Positions 1 to 9,417 are shown, counted from the stretch's first letter. The stretch is DNA of 63,744 nucleotides from Candidatus Hadarchaeota archaeon (GCA_964632175.1 CAZWBJ010000004.1:1-63744); one strand, 5' to 3'. The notes: generated by a model not told the origin, from the letters alone. Program-made: numbers and translations.

Positions 1-2
1 TG

Positions 3-122
3 GATCCCGGCTTCAGGGTGTGCGTGGACGGGCCCGTTTTCGAGGGGGAGGAGATTGAGGGCACGGACTTTGGGAAGGCGAAGAGGGACGCCTCTGGGAG
101 GAGGGAGGAGCTTGCTCGTTAG
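3..122 (+). CDS. pyrK: 3' end of a gene truncated by the window edge, probably the PyrK-like electron-transfer subunit of dihydroorotate dehydrogenase
   Basis: Frame 3 reads DPGFRVCVDGPVFEGEEIEGTDFGKAKRDASGRREELAR, with stop TAG at 120-122. A VC.DGPVF C-terminus is typical of PyrK-type subunits, and the gene sits directly upstream of pyrC/pyrD. It is absent from the ORF track because its start is off-window. Confidence 0.45.
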   Translation, partial: DPGFRVCVDGPVFEGEEIEGTDFGKAKRDASGRREELAR

Positions 123-1323
123 AGGGAGGCTGCTCACGCCCGCAGGGCTCGTGGAGGGAACCATAAGGGAGGAGGGTGGAAGGATAGTGGAGATCTCTAG
201 GGAGGGGGACGGGGAGGCTCTGGACTTCAGCGGGCCCGGGCTGGTGATCCTCCCCGGGCTGATCGACATGCACGTCCACCTCAGGGACGAGCTCCTCTCC
301 TACAAGGAGGACTTCACCTCTGGAACCTCCGCTGCTGCTGCAGGGGGGTTCGTCCTAGTCGGGGACATGCCCAACACGAGGCCCCCCGTCAACTCGCTGA
401 CGAGGCTGGAGGAAAGGGAGAGGCTGGCGGCGGGGAAGGCGCTGGTGGACTACGGGCTCTACGTGGGGGTGGGGCCACCTGAGGGAACGGAGAGACTCTC
501 GCTCGGCCTAAAGGTATTCATGACCTCCGAGTACTACTCGGAGAGGAGGGGGGAAACCATCGGAGCGCTGGGGTATGCGGAGCGGAGAAAAAGGTTGGTG
601 GTCGTCCACGCCGAGAACCCCAAGCTCTACCAGGAGGGTAGGCTCGGGATGGCAGGAACACCCGAGGCGGAGGCCGAGGCGGTGAGGGAGATATGCGCGC
701 AGGGGTTGAGCAGGTTGCACCTCACGCACCTGTCCTCCAGGGCGGGACTGGAGGCCGTCAGGGGAGCCACCTGCGACACCTGTCCCCACTACCTCCTGCT
801 GGGGGGCCAGGAGCTCGGGTCATTCGCCAAGGTACATCCCTCCATTAAGAAAAAAGAGGACTCGGATGCGCTACTTCAGGCCATCAGTGAGGGAAAGATC
901 CAGGCGATAACCTCAGACCATGCCCCGCACCTGCCGGAGGAGAAGGGGGACCCGATCACCGCGCCCGGAGGCTTTCCCGGGCTGGAGACCACCCTGCCGC
1001 TCCTCCTGACGCTGGTGAACAAGGGGTTACTCTCGCTCGAGCAGCTGGTGAAGTTGTGCAGCACCAACCCCGCAAGAATCCTGGGTCTGGAGGGCTTCGG
1101 GTCCATCGAGCCGGGAAAGTTCTGCAGCCTGACCGTGGTCGACCTGAAGGCGGAGGGGGAGATAAAAGCCGAAAGGTTCCACAGCAAGAGCAAGTTTACT
1201 CCCTTCGAGGGATGGAGGGTGAAGGGAAAGCCGGTAGCCACCATTGTGAGGGGGAGGCTTGTGATGCACGGAGGGGAGATCCTGGAAAAACCCGGCTGGG
1301 GGAGGAATGTGAGGATGCTATGA
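112..1323 (+). CDS. pyrC: dihydroorotase (amidohydrolase superfamily)
   Basis: Part of ORF 55..1323. Motifs DMHVHLRDE and ITSDHAPH are present, and the N-terminus LLVRGRLLTP..G..EGGRIVEI is typical. I prefer TTG at 112, which overlaps the upstream stop at 120-122. The ORF-track start at 55 (TTG) is the alternative. Confidence 0.85.
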   Translation: MLVRGRLLTPAGLVEGTIREEGGRIVEISREGDGEALDFSGPGLVILPGLIDMHVHLRDELLSYKEDFTSGTSAAAAGGFVLVGDMPNTRPPVNSLTRLEERERLAAGKALVDYGLYVGVGPPEGTERLSLGLKVFMTSEYYSERRGETIGALGYAERRKRLVVVHAENPKLYQEGRLGMAGTPEAEAEAVREICAQGLSRLHLTHLSSRAGLEAVRGATCDTCPHYLLLGGQELGSFAKVHPSIKKKEDSDALLQAISEGKIQAITSDHAPHLPEEKGDPITAPGGFPGLETTLPLLLTLVNKGLLSLEQLVKLCSTNPARILGLEGFGSIEPGKFCSLTVVDLKAEGEIKAERFHSKSKFTPFEGWRVKGKPVATIVRGRLVMHGGEILEKPGWGRNVRML

Positions 1324-2222
1324 CGCTCTCCGTGAAGGTGGGGGGACTCAAGCTCCGGAATCCCTTCATCCTCGCCTCCGGGATCCTCTCGCACGGCTCC
1401 CTCCTGAAGCGGGCAGCGGGGGCGGGGGCGGGGGCTGTGGTAACCAAGAGCTTGACCCTTGAACCGAGGGAGGGATATCCCACGCCCGCGCTCGTGGCCT
1501 TTGAGGGGGGGTTCGTAAACGCCATGGGTTTGCCCAATCCTGGGTGTGAGGAGTACCTGCGAACCGACCTGCCCCTTGCCAAGGAGGGGAAGGTGCCGGT
1601 AATCGTGAGTCTCGCCGGCTCTCATGAGGGGGAGTTCGAGAGGATGGCCGTGCTGGCGGCGGATGCGGGGGCGGATGCCTTGGAGCTAAACCTCTCCTGC
1701 CCGCACGCAGAGAAGAGAGGGCTGGAGCTCGGCCAGGATCCCGCGATCGTGAGGAAAATCGTCCGGAGGGTCAGATCCTGCACCAGCCTTCCGATATGGG
1801 TCAAACTCGGGCTATGCGATTCGCTCATCGATTCGGCGCTGGCCTGCCAGCAGGAGGGGGCCCAGGCGGTGGTGGCCATCAACACCCTGAGATCCATGAT
1901 CATCGATGTGGATGCAAGGAGGCCCACTCTCTCCAACCTCTTCGGCGGGCTTTCTGGTCCCGCCCTCCGGCCCGTAGCCGTCAGGTGCGTTTTTGAACTG
2001 TACGAGAAACTCTCCATCCCCATCATCGGGTCGGGGGGAGTGATGGGGTGGAGGGACGCGGTGGAGTTCATGCTTGCAGGTGCGGCTGCAGTGCAGGTCG
2101 GGTCGGCCGTGGCGATCAAGGGTTTGCAGATTTTCCGAGAGCTCTGCGACGGGCTGGGAGCTTATTTAAAGAAGGAGGGGTTTTCCTCCCCGACGAACCT
2201 CGTCGGCCTCGCCCATCGCTGA
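1320..2222 (+). CDS. pyrD: dihydroorotate dehydrogenase catalytic subunit (class 1B-like)
   Basis: An internal ATG at 1320 gives MTLSVKVGGLKLRNPFILASG...NAMGLPNPG...LNLSCPH. It makes an ATGA overlap with the pyrC stop (1321-1323). Confidence 0.9.
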   Translation: MTLSVKVGGLKLRNPFILASGILSHGSLLKRAAGAGAGAVVTKSLTLEPREGYPTPALVAFEGGFVNAMGLPNPGCEEYLRTDLPLAKEGKVPVIVSLAGSHEGEFERMAVLAADAGADALELNLSCPHAEKRGLELGQDPAIVRKIVRRVRSCTSLPIWVKLGLCDSLIDSALACQQEGAQAVVAINTLRSMIIDVDARRPTLSNLFGGLSGPALRPVAVRCVFELYEKLSIPIIGSGGVMGWRDAVEFMLAGAAAVQVGSAVAIKGLQIFRELCDGLGAYLKKEGFSSPTNLVGLAHR

Positions 2223-2311
2223 CGGAATCTTCTCTCACCATCATGTGTTCAGCTTGGTGCCCAGACTCGCGGAAAGTCTTTCTTCAAAATATCGTCGAAA
2301 TGCTGTGTTTC

Positions 2312-2330
2312 GTGGCGTTACTTAGTAACA
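2312..2330. repeat. degenerate copy of the GTTAC-N4-GTAAC palindromic motif (3-nt spacer)
   Basis: GTGGCGTTACTTAGTAACA. It shares the GTGGC flank with the 7952/8002 copies. Located in the pyrD-pyrG intergenic region. Confidence 0.6.
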
Positions 2331-2340
2331 TGAATGGGAT

Positions 2341-2366
2341 TTGTCCGTTACCATAGTAACGGAAAG
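2341..2366. repeat. palindromic motif copy
   Basis: TTGTCCGTTACCATAGTAACGGAAAG. Centre lies about 57 nt upstream of the pyrG GTG. Confidence 0.8.
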
Positions 2367-2410
2367 AAAACCCGAACTCTTTTTACGCGGCTCTCACACA
2401 TAAGATTTCG

Positions 2411-4012
2411 GTGAAGTATGTCGTCGTCACCGGCGGCGTGATAAGCGGGCTCGGGAAGGGGATAGCCACCGCCTCCCTCGGGAAGATTCTGCAGTCGAAG
2501 GGCATCAAGGTGACGGCGATCAAAATCGACCCCTATCTCAACGTGGATGCGGGGACCATGAACCCCTTCGAGCACGGGGAAATCTTCGTCACGGAGGACG
2601 GGGGGGAGATCGATCAGGACATGGGGCACTACGAGCGCTTCCTAAACCTGAACCTGACCAAGGAGCACAACATCACCACAGGCCAGATCTACAAACAGGT
2701 GATCGAGGCCGAGAGGAGGGGGGAATACCTGGGCAAGACCGTCCAGATCATCCCGCACGTCACCGACGCCATAAAGGAGCGCATAAGGAGGGTGGCCAAG
2801 CAGAGCGATGCCGAGGTCTGCCTGGTGGAGATAGGCGGCACGGTGGGAGACATAGAGGGAATGCCCTTCTTGGAGGCGGTCAGGCAACTGAGGCTGGAGG
2901 AGGGCCCAAACAACGTCGTCTTCGTCCATGTCACCTTGGTTCCCTCTCTGGAGGTGGTGGGGGAGCAGAAGACCAAACCCACCCAGCATTCCGTCAGGCT
3001 GATGATGGAGGCCGGGATAATGCCCGACCTCCTCCTGTGCAGGTGCAGGACCCCCCTCACACCGGAGGCAAGGAGAAAAATCTCGCTCTTCTGCAACGTC
3101 CCCGAGAGTGCCGTCTTCTCGGCCGTAGATGCCGAAACCATATACGAGGTCCCCCTGCTGCTCGAGCGGGAGGGCGTGGGGGAGAGGCTGCTTGAGAGGC
3201 TGGGACTCAGGGCGAGGGGAGGCGACCTGAGCGAGTGGGCGAGGCTGGTGGAGAGGGCAAAGCAGGCGAAGGAAAAGGTGCGGGTGGCGATGGTGGGTAA
3301 ATACGTGAGGATCGCCGACACCTACCTGAGCGTCAACGAAGCCCTCAAGCATGCGGCCGCCTCCCTGGGGGTTTCGGTCGAGATAAATTGGATCGAGGCC
3401 GAGAACCTGGAGACGGGCGACGTTTCAGCCCTGAGGGGGTATCAGGGAATCGTGGTTCCAGGGGGCTTCGGGGCAAGGGGGGTGGAGGGGAAGATAAGGG
3501 CCATCCAGTTCGCGAGGGAGTGCGGGGTTCCCTTCCTCGGCCTGTGCTTTGGCTTCCAGCTCTCCGTGGTGGAGTTCGCCAGGAACGTGCTTGGGCTCAG
3601 GAGGGCGCACACTGCCGAGGTGGATCCCGAGACCCCCCATCCCGTGATCGACCTCCTCCCGGAACAGAAGAAGGTGAAGGAGCTGGGGGGCACCATGCGG
3701 CTGGGAGCGCACGAAATAGTCATCGCGCGCGGCACCAAGAGCTACTCCATCTACAAGACCACCCTCATCAGGGAGAGGCACAGGCACAGATACGAGGTGA
3801 ACCCCAAGTACATCCCGAGGCTAAGGAAAGGGGGGCTGGTCTTCTCGGGGAAGTCCAGGGACGGGAGGAGGATGGAAATCTTGGAGCTGCCGGGACACCC
3901 CTTTTTCCTGGCCACCCAGTTCCACCCCGAGTTCACCTCCAGGCTCGAGCGTCCCTCCCCTCCCTTTCTGGCCTTTTTGGAAAGTGCGAGGGCCTTCAGA
4001 GCCTCTTCATGA
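2411..4012 (+). CDS. pyrG: CTP synthase
   Basis: 533 aa. Canonical N-terminus [18 protein letters not shown] and a C-terminal glutamine amidotransferase domain ([15 protein letters not shown]). Confidence 0.97.
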   Translation: MKYVVVTGGVISGLGKGIATASLGKILQSKGIKVTAIKIDPYLNVDAGTMNPFEHGEIFVTEDGGEIDQDMGHYERFLNLNLTKEHNITTGQIYKQVIEAERRGEYLGKTVQIIPHVTDAIKERIRRVAKQSDAEVCLVEIGGTVGDIEGMPFLEAVRQLRLEEGPNNVVFVHVTLVPSLEVVGEQKTKPTQHSVRLMMEAGIMPDLLLCRCRTPLTPEARRKISLFCNVPESAVFSAVDAETIYEVPLLLEREGVGERLLERLGLRARGGDLSEWARLVERAKQAKEKVRVAMVGKYVRIADTYLSVNEALKHAAASLGVSVEINWIEAENLETGDVSALRGYQGIVVPGGFGARGVEGKIRAIQFARECGVPFLGLCFGFQLSVVEFARNVLGLRRAHTAEVDPETPHPVIDLLPEQKKVKELGGTMRLGAHEIVIARGTKSYSIYKTTLIRERHRHRYEVNPKYIPRLRKGGLVFSGKSRDGRRMEILELPGHPFFLATQFHPEFTSRLERPSPPFLAFLESARAFRASS

Positions 4013-4838
4013 ACTCTAGGAAGTAGCTCTGCCCCGCCGCAACTACGGCTCCGTGCAGCCCCGCCTCCTCCCCAAGGCTAGAGAGCTCTATCTTGGGAAG
4101 AGCATTCACCGCATACTCACCTACCAACTTTCTCACGGGCCCCAAGATCTGCTCCTTGCCCGCCAGGGCTATCGCCCCGCCGACCGCTATCACCTCCGGA
4201 TCATAGGAATTTATAACGTTGGCGAAACCGATGGCGTTCAGCCTCCCGATTTCCTCGAGCAGGGTTAGGGCCCGCTTCTCGCCCTTCCTAGCCTTCTCCA
4301 AGAGTTCCTCGGGAGTGAGCGGGTATCCCCTTAGCGCGGTGAAGTTTTTTATGCCCTCGCCCGAGCAGTACGCCTCCCAATGGCCCCTCCTCCCACAACT
4401 GCACTTGAGTTCCCCTTTCAGATCGATGGTATAGTGCCCGACCTCATGGGCGTTCCCGTCCTTCCCCAGTAGGAGCCTCCCATCCACGTACACCCCCGCC
4501 CCGACTCCCCCCCCCAAATTCACGAAGACAAAATTATCCACCCCTTTTCCTATTCCGAACTCATGTTCCCCCAGCACGGCGGCGACGCAATCGTTGATGA
4601 GGTAGACCGTGGTGCCCAGCTTTTTCTGAAGGGTGGGAACAACGGGCACCCTCTTGAAGGGAAGGTGCACGGGGTTGACCAGCTCCCCTTTCTTGTAGTC
4701 CATGGGACCGAAGGAGGCCACACAGAGGCTATCAAGCTCGGAGGGCTTTATCCCCTCCTTCTTGCAGAGAGTTTGGGAGAGAGAAACCAGCTGTCTCAAA
4801 AAGCCCTCCAGACTTTCACGGCTGGTGGGCTCCTTCAC
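3996..4838 (-). CDS. ROK-family sugar kinase (glucokinase-like)
   Basis: ROK signature [20 protein letters not shown] and the zinc motif [14 protein letters not shown]. The in-frame sequence upstream of the GTG start (up to about 4913) still encodes the ROK phosphate-1 motif YLGIDVGAVKVRAAL but contains no ATG/GTG/TTG (see findings). Confidence 0.8.
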   Translation of the reverse strand: MKEPTSRESLEGFLRQLVSLSQTLCKKEGIKPSELDSLCVASFGPMDYKKGELVNPVHLPFKRVPVVPTLQKKLGTTVYLINDCVAAVLGEHEFGIGKGVDNFVFVNLGGGVGAGVYVDGRLLLGKDGNAHEVGHYTIDLKGELKCSCGRRGHWEAYCSGEGIKNFTALRGYPLTPEELLEKARKGEKRALTLLEEIGRLNAIGFANVINSYDPEVIAVGGAIALAGKEQILGPVRKLVGEYAVNALPKIELSSLGEEAGLHGAVVAAGQSYFLEFMKRL

Positions 4839-4932
4839 CTGATAGAGAATTTCCTTCCCGTCGGAAAGAGCCGCCCTAACCTTGACCGCTCCAACATCTA
4901 TACCTAGGTAGATGCTCCCCCTCTAATTCTGG

Positions 4933-5814
4933 ATGATAGAGATTATAAGCAGATTTGACCCGTGGGGGGATCCCCTCTGTACCTGCTCGCCCAAATACTC
5001 CCTCAACCCCTACACGGGCTGCCAGCACCGCTGTCTGTACTGCTACATCACCTCCTACATTCCCAGGGCGTTCGAGTGCAGACCGAAGAAGGACCTCCTT
5101 CAGAGGGTGCGGAGGGACCTGGGGAAGCTGGACCGGCGCCTCCCCATAAGCCTCTCCAACTCCAGCGACCCCTATCCCCCCCTAGAGCGCGAACTCGGGC
5201 TCACCAGGAAGTGTCTGGAGCTGATCGGGAGGGCTGGGCTCGCAGTTCAGATCATTACCAAATCCGATCTCGTCGCCAGGGATGTCGACCTTCTGAGCAG
5301 GATGCGCTCGGTGGTCAGCTTCACCATCACCACCCTGAACCCCAGGCTTGCCCGAAGGCTCGAACCGAACGCTCCCCCGCCCGAAAGGAGGCTGAGGGCG
5401 GTGGGGGTGATTTCGAAGAAGGGAATTCCCGCCACCGTGAGGCTCGATCCGCTCTTTCCGGGCCTGAACGAGGAGGAAATTGAGCGGGTGGTCAGGGCCG
5501 CGGCGGGGGCGGGGGCGGTTCACGTGACGGCCTCCACCTTCAAGCCTCGCCCCGACTGCTGGCAGAGGATGATGCTGGCCTTCCCGGAATTCTGCAAAAA
5601 GGCGAGGGAGCTGTATTTCGTGGAGGGGGAGAGGCACAAGACCGGGCGCTACCTTCCGGCGGCCATGCGGAGGGAACTGCTACTGAGGGTGAGGGAGGCC
5701 TGCGAAGCCTCCGGCCTAACCTTTTCCGTGTGCAGGGAGGGGATGCGAGAGCTGAACACCGCTCCCACCTGCGACGGGACTCACCTGCTACCGAGAGAAT
5801 CCCGGAGCCTTTGA
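4933..5814 (+). CDS. radical SAM protein (SplB / DNA-photolyase-like family)
   Basis: 293 aa with a CxxxCxxC cluster motif, GCQHRCLYCY, near the N-terminus. Confidence 0.8.
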   Translation: MIEIISRFDPWGDPLCTCSPKYSLNPYTGCQHRCLYCYITSYIPRAFECRPKKDLLQRVRRDLGKLDRRLPISLSNSSDPYPPLERELGLTRKCLELIGRAGLAVQIITKSDLVARDVDLLSRMRSVVSFTITTLNPRLARRLEPNAPPPERRLRAVGVISKKGIPATVRLDPLFPGLNEEEIERVVRAAAGAGAVHVTASTFKPRPDCWQRMMLAFPEFCKKARELYFVEGERHKTGRYLPAAMRRELLLRVREACEASGLTFSVCREGMRELNTAPTCDGTHLLPRESRSL

Positions 5815-6302
5815 ACCTCCTCCTCAAGCCATTCGTACTTTCCCAGCTGGGAGAGGAGCGAGAGGAGATATCTGTAATCCGAGTCCTTGCTCCCCCGCCG
5901 TGATACCACCTCCACCGCCTGCTTGAGGCTCACCTCCCCCGTGGACAGCCTCACGGGCATTTCCAAGATTCTCTTGATGGCCTCGATCCGTTGCGCGGGG
6001 GAGAGGAGGGCATCGATGACGTGGATCTCGATGGGCTTCCAAGCGGGGTTGGAAAGGAACTCGAGCACTTCGTCGCTGGCCTCCGGTGGAACTGCCACCA
6101 CGCTTTTGCCCAGCTGAATGTGGGGGATTTTGGACAGGAGACCGGGGGTGAAGGCCTTGTAGGTTCTGCCACCCCGCCTTTTGATGTTGAAATACCCGAA
6201 CAGCTTGCGGTAGAAGCGAACCTTCAGGGATCCCCTGGCACTTAGGTCAAAGCTTATCACCTTCGCCCAGACCCCCTTTTTTCCAGTGGAACTCTCCTTC
6301 AT
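5781..6302 (-). CDS. hypothetical protein, possibly with a Cas2/VapD-like ferredoxin-fold N-terminal domain
   Basis: 173-aa ORF. The pattern VISFDLS..KVRFYRKLFGY...GKSVVAVPPEASDEVLEFL..IEIHVIDAL suggests a beta-alpha-beta-beta-alpha-beta fold. There is no confident family match by eye. A palindromic motif copy overlaps its putative TATA position. Confidence 0.5.
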   Translation of the reverse strand: MKESSTGKKGVWAKVISFDLSARGSLKVRFYRKLFGYFNIKRRGGRTYKAFTPGLLSKIPHIQLGKSVVAVPPEASDEVLEFLSNPAWKPIEIHVIDALLSPAQRIEAIKRILEMPVRLSTGEVSLKQAVEVVSRRGSKDSDYRYLLSLLSQLGKYEWLEEEVQRLRDSLGSR

Positions 6303-6313
6303 ACTTAGCAGGT

Positions 6314-6336
6314 TTGTACGTTACTATAGTAACATC
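6314..6336. repeat. palindromic motif copy with a TATA centre
   Basis: TTGTACGTTACTATAGTAACATC. Centre lies about 25 nt upstream of the ATG of the minus-strand ORF 5781..6302. Confidence 0.75.
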
Positions 6337-6381
6337 AATTAGGAAGAGAAATCAGAATACCCTCCAGTGGAAAGAAGGGGG

Positions 6382-7398
6382 TTACTCAAGGACGGAGAGG
6401 TAGGCCCGACCTTGGGGGGTTTCAAAATGCTGGCGCACTGGGGAAATCAACCTGTCAAGATAATCCACAAGGGCGAGCTTCAAATCGAGCGGATGGATCC
6501 TACCCTTCCGGAATTCCTCCTCGAGCTTGGGATACTGGTCAAAATGGAGCACCTCCCCCGATTTCAGCCTGACCTCAAACCCCCCAAAGGCCTCGAAGAC
6601 CAAGAACCTGATGTAGTCCATCACGGGGTTTATCGGGTCGCGCTCGGGGCAGTAGGCCTTCCTTATTTTTCTTTCGATCTCTTCCCTTGAGTCGTGCACG
6701 AAGATGCAGGTTTCAGGCTTGCTCTTACTCATCTTCTCCTCCGGCGTTTTCCCCGAAAGGCTCATGAGCATGTGGTGGTGAACCGCCACCGGCTTCCTCC
6801 TCCCGAGCTTGGGCGCCACCTCCCTGGCCAGCATGTTGGCCCTGCGCTGATCCATCCCAAGCTGGCAGATCTCCACCCCAAGGTAGAAAATGTCGGCCAC
6901 CTGCATGCTGGGGTAAAAAAGCCAGGCAGTGGGGTTCTCCAGGCTCTCCTCCCTCCCGGCGATGGTGAGGGCCCTCATCGCCCTCCTGACGTTGTGGTTC
7001 TTGGCCACCGAGAGGACGAGCTTCCAGTACTCGGGGTCGCGAACCAGATCGGAGGACCAGACGACCTCCACCTGATCCATGGGTACCCCCGCCGCCCTCC
7101 ACACCTCGATGAAGTACTCCCCCACCTTCCTTATGCGCTCGAAATCCCCACCCATCTTTTCGTTTATCCAGGCGAACCAGTCGGCCAGAAGGAGCTTGAA
7201 CCTGAGCCCAGCCTTCAGGAGCTTTTTCAGGGTGAGGGGGCGGTAGATTCCGAAGGGGAGGTGGGCCAGACCCGAGGGCTCGAAGCCGTCGTAGGCGAGA
7301 GGGTGCTCCTCCGTCTCCAGCAGGTCCCTGAGCTCCTCCTCGGTGACGATTTCTTCCGCGACCCCCTTTATCAGCTGAAGCCTAGTTTCAACGTCCAC
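6382..7398 (-). CDS. tyrS: tyrosyl-tRNA synthetase (archaeal type)
   Basis: 338 aa, colinear with M. jannaschii TyrRS as I recall it (EELR..L......AY.GFEPSG..HL, LLAD..A.LN.K, KMSKS). Confidence 0.93.
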   Translation of the reverse strand: MDVETRLQLIKGVAEEIVTEEELRDLLETEEHPLAYDGFEPSGLAHLPFGIYRPLTLKKLLKAGLRFKLLLADWFAWINEKMGGDFERIRKVGEYFIEVWRAAGVPMDQVEVVWSSDLVRDPEYWKLVLSVAKNHNVRRAMRALTIAGREESLENPTAWLFYPSMQVADIFYLGVEICQLGMDQRRANMLAREVAPKLGRRKPVAVHHHMLMSLSGKTPEEKMSKSKPETCIFVHDSREEIERKIRKAYCPERDPINPVMDYIRFLVFEAFGGFEVRLKSGEVLHFDQYPKLEEEFRKGRIHPLDLKLALVDYLDRLISPVRQHFETPQGRAYLSVLE

Positions 7399-7876
7399 CC
7401 TTCAGCCTCCACGCCAGTTCTGTCACCTTTTTCCCCAGTCCGAAGCACTCTCTCCTCGCCTGCTCATCCGGGGGGCCGTTGGCTGCCGCCCCGTAGTGGC
7501 CACCCGTGGAGAGGGGATCCCCGCAGACGACCATTCCGTGGATGAGCATGGACTGAAGGATGGAGAGCATGGTGGTCTCTCTCCCCCCCGCCCTGTGTCT
7601 GGAGGAGCAAAAGGCGGCGCCAACCTTCCCCTCCAGCTTGCCCCTGACCCTTATGGACTCGTCGAGGAAGCGCTTGACTTCCGCCGCCGGCCCGCCGAAG
7701 TAGGAGGGACTCCCGATGATGATTCCATCGGCCTCCACAAGCTCTTCCACCCTCGCTCGCGTGATCTCCTCCAAGACGACCTCGCCCCCCGCCTCCTTGA
7801 CCCCCGCCGCCACCTCTTCAGCCATGGCCTTGGTGTTGCCGCCGCGGGAGAAGTACAGAACGAGGATCTTTACCAT
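7388..7876 (-). CDS. flavodoxin-fold FMN protein (WrbA / NADPH-dependent FMN reductase-like)
   Basis: 162 aa. MVKILVLYFSRGGNTKAMAEEVA...GIIIGSPSYFGG is the flavodoxin-like FMN-binding pattern. It overlaps the tyrS start by 11 nt. Confidence 0.8.
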   Translation of the reverse strand: MVKILVLYFSRGGNTKAMAEEVAAGVKEAGGEVVLEEITRARVEELVEADGIIIGSPSYFGGPAAEVKRFLDESIRVRGKLEGKVGAAFCSSRHRAGGRETTMLSILQSMLIHGMVVCGDPLSTGGHYGAAANGPPDEQARRECFGLGKKVTELAWRLKGGR

Positions 7877-7951
7877 CAGAACCTAGTCCCGGGGTAGATA
7901 ATCTAGCAAAGTTTGCCCCACTGAAAGCGGCGTGTTCCCCGGTCAGGCGTA

Positions 7952-7977
7952 GTGGCGTTACTATGGTAACGGACAAG
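7952..7977. repeat. palindromic motif copy (26-mer, identical to 8002..8027)
   Basis: GTGGCGTTACTATGGTAACGGACAAG. Located in the rnfB-flavodoxin intergenic region. Confidence 0.9.
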
Positions 7978-8001
7978 GTAACCGTCAAGCGTGTTCCAGT
8001 T

Positions 8002-8027
8002 GTGGCGTTACTATGGTAACGGACAAG
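8002..8027. repeat. palindromic motif copy (26-mer, identical to 7952..7977)
   Basis: GTGGCGTTACTATGGTAACGGACAAG. Exactly 50 nt from the first copy and 9 nt from the rnfB stop. Confidence 0.9.
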
Positions 8028-8035
8028 ATGTCAGG

Positions 8036-8845
8036 CTAGGCCGGCACTTGGATAGGAACAAGTTGGAGGGGCTGGGCCCACTTGATGACTTTCCGCGGGC
8101 AGACTTCCACGCACTTCCCGCAACCCGTGCACAGGACGGGGTCAATGGAGATCCTCTCACCAACGAACTTTATTGCCCCCGTCGGACAATTTTTCTCGCA
8201 GAGTCTGCACTTTATGCATCCCCTGGTGCAGGAGGCCACCACTACCTTTCCGGGCTCCGGGGAGTTGCAGTCTACAAGCACCTTCGAGTTTCTGGGGATC
8301 AGCCTAAGCACTCCCCTCGGACAAACCCGGACGCATATCCCGCACCCCCGGCATTTCTTCCAGTTGATTTCTGGCAGCCCCCCGACCATTTTTATCGCCC
8401 CGAAAGGACAGGCCCTCTCGCAGTCCCCCAAACCTAGGCAGGCGTACCTGCAGACCGTCGGCCCGCCCTGAAGGAGGGAGGCGGCGAGGCAGCTCCTCTC
8501 CCCCTGATACCTGAAACGGGGCTTGGATCCGCCAGCGCAGGCCCTGGCCGCTACCGCCCACTCCACTTGTGGGGAAAGATGCACCTTGAGGTAGGAGGCC
8601 ATCCTCGCTCTCTCCGGCGCGGTCAGGACCCGGCAGCGGTCGAGGAGTTCGGGGTTGGAGACGAGCGCCCGGGCGTAGTCCTCACATCCCTTGAACCCGC
8701 AGGCGCCGCAGTTTGAGCCGGGGAGCATCCCCCTCACCTCCTCCACCCTCTCGTCCACCTGAACCGCGAACCTGCGCGAGGCCCAAACCAGCAGGAGGGA
8801 AAAGCCGAAGCCCACCAGACCAAGGGAGAGGGATTCCCCTATCAT
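8036..8845 (-). CDS. rnfB: Rnf complex subunit B (polyferredoxin)
   Basis: N-terminal membrane anchor, then GSNCGACGFKGCEDYARALV, followed by several CxxCxxCxxxCP 4Fe-4S motifs. Confidence 0.88.
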   Translation of the reverse strand: MIGESLSLGLVGFGFSLLLVWASRRFAVQVDERVEEVRGMLPGSNCGACGFKGCEDYARALVSNPELLDRCRVLTAPERARMASYLKVHLSPQVEWAVAARACAGGSKPRFRYQGERSCLAASLLQGGPTVCRYACLGLGDCERACPFGAIKMVGGLPEINWKKCRGCGICVRVCPRGVLRLIPRNSKVLVDCNSPEPGKVVVASCTRGCIKCRLCEKNCPTGAIKFVGERISIDPVLCTGCGKCVEVCPRKVIKWAQPLQLVPIQVPA

Positions 8846-9417
8846 CCCCCTATCCCCGCGAACCCCTGGAAGGAAAGCGCCAGGAGCCCCGCCGCTATGA
8901 AGGCGATGGGCGCCCCCTGCAGAGAGCGGGGCAGCTCCTCGTAGGCCAGCCTCTCCCTGATCCCGGCTAGCAGGACGATGGCCAGGGTGTAACCGAGGCC
9001 GGTTGCCAGGCCGTTGACGAGGGAGGCCGGGAGCGAGTACCCTTCCTCGAAGTTTATCAGGTTGACGGCTAGGATGGCGCAGTTGACGGTGATGAGGGGG
9101 AGATAGATCCCGAAGGCCGAGTAGAAGCGGGGCATGGTCTTCCGCATGATGATTTCCACCAGCTGGACGAAGGAGGCGATGACCAGGATGAAGGCCACGA
9201 TGCGCATGTACTGGATGCCGAAGGGAGTGAGGAGGAAGTGGTTGATGAACCAGGTCACCGCCGAGGAGGAGACGGCCACGAAGGTCACGGCCATCCCCAT
9301 CATGGCCGAGTTCCTGAGGTTGGAGGAGATGCCGAAGTAGGAGCAGAGGCCGATGAACCTAGTGAGCACAATGTTGTTTATCAGCAGGGTCACCAGGAAA
9401 ATGGAAAGGAGGCCCAA
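8842..9417 (-). CDS. rnfA: Rnf complex subunit A
   Basis: 191-aa polytopic protein. The N-terminus LLINNIVLTRFIGLCSYFG and the NCAILAV motif are typical of RnfA/NqrE. 4-nt overlap with rnfB. Confidence 0.92.
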   Translation of the reverse strand: MGLLSIFLVTLLINNIVLTRFIGLCSYFGISSNLRNSAMMGMAVTFVAVSSSAVTWFINHFLLTPFGIQYMRIVAFILVIASFVQLVEIIMRKTMPRFYSAFGIYLPLITVNCAILAVNLINFEEGYSLPASLVNGLATGLGYTLAIVLLAGIRERLAYEELPRSLQGAPIAFIAAGLLALSFQGFAGIGG

